Assembly: GCA_022760735.1 (NCBI GenBank)
Contig: JAKELU010000002.1
Location: 139,161-203,160 of the forward strand
From: Firmicutes bacterium FC7
GTDB lineage: Bacteria; Bacillota; Clostridia; Tissierellales; Tissierellaceae
Direction: 5' to 3'
DNA: 64,000 bases
The translations under genes were made by a program, and so were the position numbers. The notes under the pieces were generated by a model. The model saw only the letters and a program-made list of their open reading frames with translations. It was not told where the DNA came from and made no database searches. The first letter of the stretch is position 1. Each line of letters opens with the position of its first letter. This document shows, in pieces, positions 52,106 to 60,891 of this stretch.

Positions 52106-53050
52106 ATGAAAAGTTTGTTAAAAAAACTACCATTACCAATTACTGGACTTATGCTTGGATTTGCAGCTTTAGGAAATTTAATTCAATCCCATAGTCAAAG
52201 CCTCAGGAGCTTGTTTGGTTTAATTTCAGGTATTATATTTATAATGATTTTATTAAAAACTATACTGTTACCAAAAGGTGTTAAAGAAGCACTTCAAAAT
52301 CCTGTTGTAGCAAGCGTATTTCCAACATTTTCTATGACTATGATGATTTTAGCTACATACATTAAACCATTTAGTGGCGGGATTGCTAGTGTTTTTTGGT
52401 TTGCAGGGTTATTACTACATATAGTTTTAATGATATCTTTTACTCAAAAATATGTACTAAATGATTATAGTATTAAAAAGGTCTTTCCTAGTTGGTTTAT
52501 TCCTTATGTGGGAATTGCAGCAGCTAGTGTTACATCAGGTGCAGTTGGAATGCAATCAATAGGAAGAATTATATTTTGGTTTGGCTTACTCACTTTCATA
52601 GTATTGCTTATAGTAATTTTAAAAAGAGTTTTTATTGTAAAAGAAATGCCTGAGCCAACAGTGCCAACAATTGGAATTCTATCAGCGCCTGCAAGCTTAT
52701 GCTTAGCTGGATATATGAACTCATTTGAGAGTAAAAATATAGCTCTTGTTTATGCATTACTAATAATAGCTCAAGTACTATATTGGGGAGTTATACTTTG
52801 TATACCTAAGATACTAAAATTAAAATTTTACCCTAGTTACTCCGCATTCACATTCCCATTGGTTATAAGTGGACTAGCATTAAAGCTTACAAACGGATTT
52901 TTAACTAAATCAGGAAGTACTATTTCATTCCTTCCTACATTAGTTACCATAGAAGAAATAATAGCAGCAATAGCATGTATCTATGTATTAGTAAGATTTC
53001 TTGTATTCCTATTTACAGCTGAAAAAGTACAGCCACAATCAAATAAGTAA
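52106..53050 (+). CDS. TDT (tellurite-resistance/dicarboxylate, TehA-like) family transporter
   Basis: 10-TM profile. 314 aa. Confidence 0.65.
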   Translation: MKSLLKKLPLPITGLMLGFAALGNLIQSHSQSLRSLFGLISGIIFIMILLKTILLPKGVKEALQNPVVASVFPTFSMTMMILATYIKPFSGGIASVFWFAGLLLHIVLMISFTQKYVLNDYSIKKVFPSWFIPYVGIAAASVTSGAVGMQSIGRIIFWFGLLTFIVLLIVILKRVFIVKEMPEPTVPTIGILSAPASLCLAGYMNSFESKNIALVYALLIIAQVLYWGVILCIPKILKLKFYPSYSAFTFPLVISGLALKLTNGFLTKSGSTISFLPTLVTIEEIIAAIACIYVLVRFLVFLFTAEKVQPQSNK

Positions 53051-53073
53051 AATATAAAAATGGGGGAGATATA

Positions 53074-53889
53074 ATGGATATTAAAAGCAGCGTGGAATTA
53101 ATTGAATCATATTTGGATTTAGACCGTAAACCAGTAGGAGTAAAGTTTTTCTTTGATAAAGAAGAATTTGATAATTTTGAAGTTCCTCAAAGAGATCGTA
53201 AGGTTACATATTGCAACTCCGTGCAACTTGCTAGTAAAGGAAAGGCTATGAAGCTAACAAAAGCAAATCAAGGATGTCCAAATGGAGCCTTTGCCTTACA
53301 TTTTACTGAGGTACCTGAACCAATAGCAAATGGAAAAGGTAGATTCAACAAACATATTTATAAGGATGTAGAAACATCAAAAAGCATCAATGATAACATG
53401 CTTTTTATAAAAGAACAGCTTTATGGTATTGCAGTTATGCCTCTTGAAAACTATACTGAAGCGCCAGATGTTGTAATTGTAGTAAGCAGCTCCTATAATG
53501 TAATGAGAATGATTCAAGGCCATGGCTACTTTAATGGTTATACAAATAACTTAAGAACTGTTGGTCTACAAGCTGTATGTCAAGATTTAACAACTTACCC
53601 TTACAACACTCAAGATATTAATATCTCTTTATTATGTCCAGGAACTCGTTTAGTAGCTAACTGGCAACATAATGAAATGGGGATAGGTATTCCTTTTGCT
53701 AAATGGTACGAAGTTGTACAAGGTGTTATTGAAACAACCAATCCTTTTGAAAGAGATAATAATAAGAAAGCCATCGTAGAAAGATTAAGAGCACGTGGAT
53801 TAGATTCTAGCGGAATCATATTTGGTCAAAACTATGATGATGGATCATATAGTGGTGGAAAAATAGAAATTGAAGAGTTAGCTAAATAA
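53074..53889 (+). CDS. DUF169 (COG2043) domain protein
   Basis: 271 aa with conserved Cys (YCNS, GCPNG). Lies 24 nt after the TDT gene, so probably the same operon. Confidence 0.6.
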   Translation: MDIKSSVELIESYLDLDRKPVGVKFFFDKEEFDNFEVPQRDRKVTYCNSVQLASKGKAMKLTKANQGCPNGAFALHFTEVPEPIANGKGRFNKHIYKDVETSKSINDNMLFIKEQLYGIAVMPLENYTEAPDVVIVVSSSYNVMRMIQGHGYFNGYTNNLRTVGLQAVCQDLTTYPYNTQDINISLLCPGTRLVANWQHNEMGIGIPFAKWYEVVQGVIETTNPFERDNNKKAIVERLRARGLDSSGIIFGQNYDDGSYSGGKIEIEELAK

Positions 53890-53896
53890 TTAGAAT

Positions 53897-53928
53897 AAAG
53901 GGATGACTTAAATTTAAGTCATCCCTTT
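53897..53928. terminator. bidirectional terminator
   Basis: 13-bp perfect hairpin AAAGGGATGACTT-AAATTT-AAGTCATCCCTTT. Confidence 0.7.
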
Positions 53929-53961
53929 ATTCTAGGCCAAATACTATGGTATCATTATCAA

Positions 53962-55044
53962 CTATTGAACTTCCTCTAAGAAATCAACCATAATTTTAAT
54001 AAATTCTTCGGGTTTATCGTAATGTATATCGTGACCAGGAGAATCCACATCAATTCTTTTCCCATTTTTTAATAATTCAACCACATGATGTGCATCTTCA
54101 TCCGATAAGGCAGCTAATAATAAGTCTCCATCATAATTGGTTGTTGCTTTTATAAATACAGTGGGACTTTTTATTTTAGATAACACTTCTGATTGATCAT
54201 AGTCTTCAAACCAGCTATTATCATAAAATGCTTCCCCAAACCTTTGGTCATATGGATAAGTAGCAGATTCAAATATTCTATTTATCTGTGGAGGTAAATA
54301 CTTTATGTGCACAGGCTCATTTGGATGCTTTGCATGATATTCTACCGCATCTTTAGTAAACCTGCTCCAGAGTGCATCTCCAAATATTCTTCTCCAATAG
54401 CTTCTCTCTAAACTATATTTAAAGTAATCCTTCTCTACATCTTGATTTTTAAAGTCTTCATATAATTGGAAACCATATACCCATGCATATGTTTTTTCTC
54501 TTCTTCCTGGCTCAGTAGCAAAGAAAGGTGAATCTTCAATAACTGTTCCTATGACACTATCTGGTGCATATGCTGCCATCCATGCAGCGATCATTCCACC
54601 TGAGGAATGGCCTGAAACAACAACTTTTTGGCCAATCACAACATCTACAAACTCTAAAAAGTCTTGTGCCATTTCTTTAGCTGAATATTTTTCAGGATTC
54701 CAATCAGATTCTCCATGACCGTGACAATCTATTGCATAAACATGGTAATGCTTTGATAGTTCAGGCAATACCTTTGCATAATCTTCCCAAGTCATACCTT
54801 GACCGTGAATTAACAAGAGAGGGGTTTTCCCATTATTTGGTCCTTCTCCATAGTTTAGTAGAGTACCATCCTTTAGCTTTACTTGTTTTTCAACAAATCC
54901 AGCACTATACATCTTTTTTAATGGCTTCTCAATATAAGTTATATTATTTTTAAAGTATCCTCCAATCAAAAATAGCATTAACATAAAAATTCCCATAAAT
55001 ATAATTTTCATTTTTCTCTTCATCCTTATATCATGTCCTTTCAA
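53962..55044 (-). CDS. alpha/beta-hydrolase fold protein with an N-terminal signal anchor
   Basis: HGQG oxyanion region, GHSSGG nucleophile elbow, and a C-terminal catalytic His. Confidence 0.7.
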   Translation of the reverse strand: MKGHDIRMKRKMKIIFMGIFMLMLFLIGGYFKNNITYIEKPLKKMYSAGFVEKQVKLKDGTLLNYGEGPNNGKTPLLLIHGQGMTWEDYAKVLPELSKHYHVYAIDCHGHGESDWNPEKYSAKEMAQDFLEFVDVVIGQKVVVSGHSSGGMIAAWMAAYAPDSVIGTVIEDSPFFATEPGRREKTYAWVYGFQLYEDFKNQDVEKDYFKYSLERSYWRRIFGDALWSRFTKDAVEYHAKHPNEPVHIKYLPPQINRIFESATYPYDQRFGEAFYDNSWFEDYDQSEVLSKIKSPTVFIKATTNYDGDLLLAALSDEDAHHVVELLKNGKRIDVDSPGHDIHYDKPEEFIKIMVDFLEEVQ

Positions 55045-55317
55045 CTACTCTTTACATTCTTTAGTATTGAAAACTTCCTCTATAGAATGCATAAACTACA
55101 GCTTGCCTTGAAACGCCTATATATTTATTATAATTCTTACTTTTCCAATAATAAACTAATCTATTTCTACTAATGTTACTATAATTACAAATCATAAGAC
55201 AATCACTCTTTCCATAATTTCACATTCCTTATATAATAAGTGTTTTTTATCTGTGGAAAATACTAGATAAATTGGTACTCATATGATAGAATAAGTTGTT
55301 ATACATACATGGAAATT

Positions 55318-55449
55318 TTAGAAAATATTAGAAAGAATGAAGCACAATGACTTAGCGATTCCATTAAAATAAATATTGTGTTTTTGAAGCATATTTTTTA
55401 TTGCACATCTCATAAATACTGCATCGTCAATGATTAAAACCCTTTTCAT
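55318..55449 (-). pseudogene. remnant of a CheY-like receiver-domain gene (43 codons)
   Basis: MKRVLIIDDAVFMRCAIKNMLQKH matches the start of CheY-type receivers. It then diverges and stops. It sits in a 600-bp gap that codes for nothing else. Confidence 0.4.
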
Positions 55450-55644
55450 TTAATTCACTCCTAGTAATTATGTAGATAAGATATGTACAATTTGAAATTA
55501 TACCTACCAATCAAAACTAAAACCAATATAAAAAAAAGATAAAATCCATAGATAAATTATATGGATTTTATCTTTTACATATAGCTTATATCTTCTATTA
55601 GATTAAGATTCACTAATATTTCTAAGCCTTGTATGATTTCCAAG

Positions 55645-56472
55645 TTATAAATCAATTTCAAGTAATATTGGTGTATGGTCTTGTCTTGGACCAGAATCAA
55701 TCATTTCAGATTTAATAACCTTATCGGCAATACGATTACTAACAAGCCAATAATCAATTCTCCAGCCAGAATTGTTAATTTTACTGGTTCGAGCTCGCTG
55801 TGCCCACCAAGTATAAACACCTGTTACATCTCCATGAATATATCGAAAAGTATCTGTAAATCCTTTTGATAAAAGATTTGTGAAACCTTGACGTTCCTCA
55901 TCTGTAAATCCAGCTGAATTACGATTGCTATTTGGGTGAGCTAAATCTATTTCTCTATGAGCTACGTTAAAATCGCCTGTTGCTATAACATATTTTTCTT
56001 TATCTAGGCTTGCTAGATAATCTGCATATTTTATATCCCAAATCTGACGTTCTTCTAAACGATTCAACCCATCCCCTGCATTAGGCGTATAAACTTGGGT
56101 TAAGAAAAAATCATCAAACTCTAATGTGATGATTCGTCCCTCATAATCCATTGTACTTGGTGCACCAATTACAGGATAGGTAACAGTTGGTTCTAAACTC
56201 TTCTTATACAAAAACATCGTACCAGCATAACCCTTACGGGCTGGTTCAACTGAACTATTCCAAACAATCTCATAATCTGGAAACATATCCTTAAAAATTT
56301 CTAAATGCTTCTTAGAAGGGCCATCACTTGGTAGCTTCGTTTCTTGTAGGGCGATTACATCTGCATTATGTTCTTTAATGGAATTTAATACATCCTTAGT
56401 TAATAAAGCCCTAGCTGAATTGCTTGTTAGTGCTGCATTTAATGAATCTATATTCCATGAAATAAATTTCAT
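55645..56472 (-). CDS. xth: exodeoxyribonuclease III
   Basis: MKFISWNIDSLN... start with AAGGAGG 7 nt upstream. AP-endonuclease family motifs including LQETK. Confidence 0.85.
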   Translation of the reverse strand: MKFISWNIDSLNAALTSNSARALLTKDVLNSIKEHNADVIALQETKLPSDGPSKKHLEIFKDMFPDYEIVWNSSVEPARKGYAGTMFLYKKSLEPTVTYPVIGAPSTMDYEGRIITLEFDDFFLTQVYTPNAGDGLNRLEERQIWDIKYADYLASLDKEKYVIATGDFNVAHREIDLAHPNSNRNSAGFTDEERQGFTNLLSKGFTDTFRYIHGDVTGVYTWWAQRARTSKINNSGWRIDYWLVSNRIADKVIKSEMIDSGPRQDHTPILLEIDL

Positions 56473-56684
56473 TGCTTGTCCTCCTTTTAAATATTGTACC
56501 ATAATAGATTGGCCAAATAAACCATAAAGAAAAAGCCATTGAATGTCATCTATACATCAATTGGCTTTAAATACTCTATTTTATACTTCACCATACTTCA
56601 TCAAAATACCGGTTTCTATATAAAATATGTTTTCATAATCCATTTCTATAAACAACTAAATAAGTAAATTATCAGTATATACCT

Positions 56685-57461
56685 TTAATCTATTATATTA
56701 ACAGGAACATAATCTTTTAATAGATATCTTGTTTTACCCTGAGTTACATCACCGTATTCTATTGCTTTCTTAGGACATTTAGAAATGCATGCCATACAAT
56801 GAGTACAACTTCCTCCCCATTTAGGCTTACTATCAACAATTTCAATGTTATTGAAGGGACAAACTTTTTCGCATATTCGGCACCCTATACATTCATCTGT
56901 AGCATAAAAATCCTTTGCAACTAATTTATACTTTGTCCATACTGGTGCAAATGGTGCAATAATCAATGTTTCAAAAAACCATACATGGCGACTTTTTAAC
57001 TTCTTTTCATTCTTAATGTCTTCAACAACTTGTTTTACTTTTTTGGTAGCATTTGATATTTTTGAATAAATTACTTCATCGTCATCCATGGCATATTTAT
57101 TATTAGCAACATAATTTCTTGGCATCACAAATTCAGAACAGCCCAAACATTTTAATCTTTTTCTGATTGAAAACAATTTTGCTTGAACCTTTGCGCTACC
57201 GCAATAACCACCACTTGTAAAAATAAAATACACTTTATTATTTCCATTAAATTTTATTGAGTTTAAATACTTCATGAAAAACAATGGCATTTCACAAACA
57301 TAGATAGGGGCACAAATTACATAAGTTTTTTCTGAATATAAAGGTGATTTATTATTAGTTCTAATTCTATTAAATAAATCAACACATTCATCATCTAATC
57401 CATCAGCAATCAATTTTGCTATGTATTCTGTATTTCCTGTACCAGAAAAATATAATATCAT
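56685..57461 (-). CDS. EFR1-family ferredoxin (flavodoxin-like domain plus 2x[4Fe-4S])
   Basis: N-terminal LYFSGTGNTEY flavodoxin motif. C-terminal CIGCRICEKVCP and CTHCMACISKCP clusters. Confidence 0.75.
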   Translation of the reverse strand: MILYFSGTGNTEYIAKLIADGLDDECVDLFNRIRTNNKSPLYSEKTYVICAPIYVCEMPLFFMKYLNSIKFNGNNKVYFIFTSGGYCGSAKVQAKLFSIRKRLKCLGCSEFVMPRNYVANNKYAMDDDEVIYSKISNATKKVKQVVEDIKNEKKLKSRHVWFFETLIIAPFAPVWTKYKLVAKDFYATDECIGCRICEKVCPFNNIEIVDSKPKWGGSCTHCMACISKCPKKAIEYGDVTQGKTRYLLKDYVPVNIID

Positions 57462-57557
57462 TTTTTAAAATTCCGACCTTTCTCATACACTTTTTTCTAA
57501 AACTATACTTTTTAATTTATTAAGTCTTTTAATTTTTACTTTTCTATTATACATCAA

Positions 57558-57896
57558 TTAACATAAATAAGAAATTATTATGTCATCAATAATTGTTTTC
57601 ATAGCTTCTGTCGCTATTCCTTGATTTTGATATATAGGAGCAATCCTCAGAGCAGTCTTTGCCATGCGGTTATTTTTGATTAGATAAATCCATGCTTCAC
57701 CGATGACTTTATCATTTTCATTTAGTGCAATACCCCAATGGAAGCTCTTTCAATTTTTCTCAGGCTTTATAAATAACAGTTCCGGATTTTTATCTGTTTT
57801 GCCCGCTGGCTTACCCCAAAATACATACAATCCATTTGAAAAAGGCTTCCCGCCACAGACAAATCTGTCAGTAACGAGAAGCCTTTGCTCTCCCAC
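57558..57896 (-). pseudogene. GNAT N-acetyltransferase gene interrupted by an in-frame TGA (at 57750..57752), apparently lacking an ATG start
   Basis: Single frame: (GTG)GEQRLLVTDRF...PELLFIKPEKN*KSFHWGIALNENDKVIGEAWIY...RIAPIYQNQGIATEAMKTIIDD. It has a RimL-like EKN and the Q-x-x-G-x-A motif. Confidence 0.5.
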
Positions 57897-57900
57897 TTTC

Positions 57901-58323
57901 TTATTCTTTTATCCATTTCATACAAAGTTCTATTTCATTTGTATTTATATCAATTTGCTCATCCTCTACAAAGAAACCAGCTCTAGTATAAAACCTAACT
58001 GCTCTTTTATTCTTTTTATAAACATGTAAAAAAAGTTCTTCGTTTATTCCCTTAATATATTCTAACAAAGACTTTCCAATTCCTTTAGATTGACTATTAG
58101 TTTCAACAAATATTCCTGCTATATAATTTCCCGTTAATCCAATAAATCCTTTAATGGAGTTTTCTTCATAAACATAAATAGTTGCCCCTGGCATCATTTG
58201 TCTTACTTGTTCATAATTATTTCTCCAATATTTTTCATCAATAAAATAATGTGCAGAAATATTAGTCTCAAGCCATAATTTCATAATATTGTCTATGTCT
58301 GTTTCTTTAAACTCTCTAATCAT
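57901..58323 (-). CDS. GNAT-family N-acetyltransferase (intact)
   Basis: 140 aa, ...ETNSQSKGIGKSLLEYI... motif A. Confidence 0.75.
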   Translation of the reverse strand: MIREFKETDIDNIMKLWLETNISAHYFIDEKYWRNNYEQVRQMMPGATIYVYEENSIKGFIGLTGNYIAGIFVETNSQSKGIGKSLLEYIKGINEELFLHVYKKNKRAVRFYTRAGFFVEDEQIDINTNEIELCMKWIKE

Positions 58324-58408
58324 TGCAATCTCCTTTAATGTTAGGCTTTCTATTTTTACACAGAGGACTTACATCTAACCCAGATGGTATCCATATCAAT
58401 GCTACATC

Positions 58409-58650
58409 TCAGAGAATATTTGTATTTTCTATCTTGACTATCGCTTTCCCCTTGATACCAAAGTACTCCACCAATTCGCTATCTTCCATTGCAAATTTAG
58501 CTTCATTTATTGCATGACGAAATAGTCTTCCATCTATTGACCAATCATCAATGGAGCTACCACCTTCTGCACATGGTATAAGTCCAATTTATGGAATTGA
58601 TGTCTGCTGGCTATTTTTTATAGTATCTTCCTCCTCATATAAAATCTCCG
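58409..58650 (-). pseudogene. fragments of a SGNH/DUF303 (sialate O-acetylesterase-like) gene
   Basis: ...QQTSIP*IGLIPCAEGGSSIDDWSIDGRLFRHAINEAKFAMEDSE... matches the GLIxCAxGGxSIxxW core of DUF303. It is broken by stops. Confidence 0.4.
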
Positions 58651-58699
58651 CAATTGGTTATAGAGACAAGGTATCTATCCCCTAGTCCCGTTATTTAGG

Positions 58700-59440
58700 T
58701 TACCTATGGTTTTTTCGTGTACTTTCGATAAATCGCTGTTTCAAAGCGTGATCTGTTCGGCTGTTGGTGTGTGGGTGTGGTCCGAGCAAAACTATGCCTA
58801 CAGCGATCAGCAGGATACCGAGCAGGTACAGCGTGTTGAAGGTGAGCCGGTACGCCGTCGCTGCGCCATGGAGGCGTCCCGCAACTTCCAGGGCTGCGAG
58901 GATCTCGGTGCCGAAAAACATGGCCGCACCGATCGCGGTGACGATACCCGCCGAAAGAGCGAAAATGGCCAAAGCGGCGAACAGGAGAAGATAGATCAAA
59001 ACGAAAATGCGGAACTCAATGACAAAACCACTCCACACAAATAGCACGCAGATTATGGCCGCAGCGAGATAGACTGCAGCGGCACCGACAAGCCATCCTC
59101 GCCGAGTACCGGCTGACCCACGCAAGGCATCGAAAGCACCGCGCCGTATGAAGAGGACGAAGAGAAATATGCCTGCAACGGCGAAGGCGGCAGCACTCCC
59201 CACAACCCCGATCTGCCCGATGCCGATCGCCAGTGGGTTGCCAAGCATGTCCCCGAGCCAGCAGAACACGAGAGCGAGCACCAGCAGGGGCATGAGTACC
59301 CAGGTGGCAACGAGGACTACCGATGGAAAGATGTGCATAGCAATGAACACCAGCTCAATGACGGCGACCAGCACAAACGCTGCAAGCCACGCCTGCTTAG
59401 GTCGCAGCAGTTCGTTAAACTTTGAAGTCATTGCACTCAT
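58700..59440 (-). CDS. polytopic membrane protein encoded by a sharply G+C-rich segment, possibly YhhN/lysoplasmalogenase-like
   Basis: About 670 bp (about 58745-59410) are visibly G+C-rich, set against AT-rich flanks. The product is 7-8 TM and Ala/Leu/Gly-rich, with FCWLGDMLG and FFGTEILAAL motifs. The likely start is MSAMTSKF; the longer track ORF adds 33 AT-rich codons. Confidence 0.5.
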   Translation of the reverse strand: MSAMTSKFNELLRPKQAWLAAFVLVAVIELVFIAMHIFPSVVLVATWVLMPLLVLALVFCWLGDMLGNPLAIGIGQIGVVGSAAAFAVAGIFLFVLFIRRGAFDALRGSAGTRRGWLVGAAAVYLAAAIICVLFVWSGFVIEFRIFVLIYLLLFAALAIFALSAGIVTAIGAAMFFGTEILAALEVAGRLHGAATAYRLTFNTLYLLGILLIAVGIVLLGPHPHTNSRTDHALKQRFIESTRKNHR

Positions 59441-59459
59441 TTTTTTATCGCATTTTATT

Positions 59460-59700
59460 TTATTCTTTTCCTTCATAAAAATCACCTGATAAAAACTTAT
59501 CCCTTGTAACAAATTTAATATCACAGTCAAGATAATCAACTATTTTCAAAACATCATCAAAACTGAAATTATCTATATACATTTTGTTGCTCATACTTTG
59601 GCGCGAAATACCAAATAATTCGTCTAATTGCTTTACACTTTTTTCACGCTCTATAAGTAATTGTTTGATAATCTTTTTTGATAATCTTTGAAGCTGCCAT
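59460..59700 (-). pseudogene. XRE-family HTH regulator gene frameshifted by a 13-bp tandem duplication
   Basis: ATG at 59700. Removing one copy of AAAGATTATCAAA restores MAASKIIKQLLIEREKSVKQLDELFGISRQSMSNKMYIDNFSFDDVLKIVDYLDCDIKFV... (75 aa). As sequenced the ATG frame stops after 18 codons. Confidence 0.55.
59664..59689. repeat. perfect 13-bp tandem duplication (plus strand TTTGATAATCTTT x2) inside the XRE gene
   Basis: Read directly from the sequence. Confidence 0.8.
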
Positions 59701-59885
59701 ATGAAAACACTCTCTTTGCATCTTTCTTGGGCTATTGCAAAGCCAAAACTCTTTATCAAAAATTTGAATTGCAGCCTCGTTCACATCTACAATTTCCCCA
59801 AAGTTGTAGGCCGTGTATACAAACCAATATTGGGCTCACTATTTTTAATAATACGGCTCACTACACTCAATACCTCCTTTTGTAA

Positions 59886-59915
59886 ATTATAAGAAATTTA
59901 ATAATATAATGTCAA
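59886..59915 (-). promoter_or_regulatory. promoter (TTGACA, 17 nt, TTATAAT) followed by GGAGG, driving the XRE / high-GC membrane gene unit
   Basis: Read on the minus strand. GGAGG at 59877-59873. Confidence 0.5.
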
Positions 59916-60102
59916 TTACTCATATTTTATAATCATTATTGATTATAAGTTATATATCGTTTAATCCTATAAAAACGTTTATCGATTAGTAGTACAGTCA
60001 TATGTTGAACACTGCATCTATAGCATTTATTGTATTTTTCCTATCTAAAAATCTTTATTCTCACTGGCAAAGCTGGTGGTTTGTTTTCGCTAAAATTGCA
60101 AC

Positions 60103-60139
60103 AAAAAACTTTACAGGTCGGATAAAACCGCCTGTAAGG
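60103..60139 (-). terminator. intrinsic terminator within noncoding DNA, ~350 nt downstream of arsC
   Basis: Minus strand: CCTTACAGG-CGGTTTTATCCGA-CCTGTAAAG followed by TTTTTTGTTG. Confidence 0.55.
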
Positions 60140-60381
60140 TCTTATATTAGCTTGCTGACGTGTCTACCGTGTCAACTCTGAATACCACAGACACCATTAC
60201 ATAGTCTTTTATCTGCTTATTACGAGCTAAATCATCTACTGGGTCAAAAGTGTAATACTGATAAAAGTGCTTAAAATAAAGGACTTCTACAAATCTGCTC
60301 TTTGTATTCGAGCTATCGTCTCAACATGGCTTGAGTTGATGAAACGGATGTCTGTGGGGTAAATGAGAAACCATCTGTACG

Positions 60382-60445
60382 TGGGAACATGTCAATAGGT
60401 TTTGGGCCAATTTTCGAAAAACCGCCGTTTGCGGGAACATGTCAA
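60382..60445. repeat. two direct copies of GGGAACATGTCAAT (60382-60395 and 60432-60445), each with an ACATGT palindromic core
   Basis: 16 of 17 positions identical over G(Y)GGGAACATGTCAAT. Spaced 50 bp apart. Confidence 0.6.
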
Positions 60446-60492
60446 TTAACAATAACGCCAACCACTAAATTTGCGATTGGCGTTAATTAATT

Positions 60493-60882
60493 TTATATCA
60501 GTTTCTTCTTCAATTCAATTATTCGGGCTTCAATAATTGAAATAACTTTTTTAAATTCTTCATCACTCTTACCAGTAGGATCATCCAATCCCCAATCCTC
60601 TCTATGCTTGCAGGGAAGGTAAGGGCATTCCACATTGCATCCCATTGTAATTACAATATCTACCGGCGGGATATCATCAAGCAACTTTGGATATTGGTTT
60701 TTCTCCATATCTATATCATAAAGCTCTTTCATTAGACGAACGGCATCCTGATTGATCTGTGGCTTCGTTTCAGTTCCTGCCGAATAGCTTTCAAAAGTAT
60801 CACTAGCAAGATGCCGTCCCAGTGCCTCTGCAATTTGACTGCGACAAGAATTATGAACGCAAATAAAAGCGACTTTTATCAT
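60493..60882 (-). CDS. arsC: arsenate reductase, thioredoxin-coupled LMW-PTP type
   Basis: P-loop CVHNSCRS plus Cys82 and Cys89 (GCNVECPYLPC). Confidence 0.85.
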   Translation of the reverse strand: MIKVAFICVHNSCRSQIAEALGRHLASDTFESYSAGTETKPQINQDAVRLMKELYDIDMEKNQYPKLLDDIPPVDIVITMGCNVECPYLPCKHREDWGLDDPTGKSDEEFKKVISIIEARIIELKKKLI

Positions 60883-60891
60883 TTTACTCTC

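Noticed and set aside
57750-57752. In-frame TGA read as selenocysteine
   Set aside because: GNAT acetyltransferases are not selenoproteins and no SECIS-like hairpin follows. A nonsense mutation or sequencing error is more likely.
58706-59489. Multiple overlapping ORFs on both strands in the high-GC segment (58706..59044+, 58764..58994+, 59053..59310-, 59148..59489+)
   Set aside because: High G+C suppresses stop codons in all frames. Only the minus-strand membrane-protein frame gives a coherent TM-helix protein.
58700-59539. N-terminal 33-aa AT-rich extension of the high-GC membrane ORF (MIILTVILNLL...)
   Set aside because: The extension runs through the XRE gene's 3' end and has no SD. The start at MSAMTSKF at the composition boundary is more plausible.
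59460-59759. Track ORF reading the XRE gene from a TTG in the +1 frame (MIKSFGFAIAQERCKE...)
   Set aside because: It has no SD and needs a TTG start. The ATG-initiated frame with one duplication copy removed gives a canonical XRE protein. So this ORF is a by-product of the 13-bp duplication.
60454-60482. Hairpin ACGCCAA-N15-TTGGCGT right after arsC as the main ars terminator
   Set aside because: Short stem with a large loop and no U-run. The GC hairpin CCGCAAACGGCGG plus U5 and the strong terminator at 60103-60139 are better candidates.
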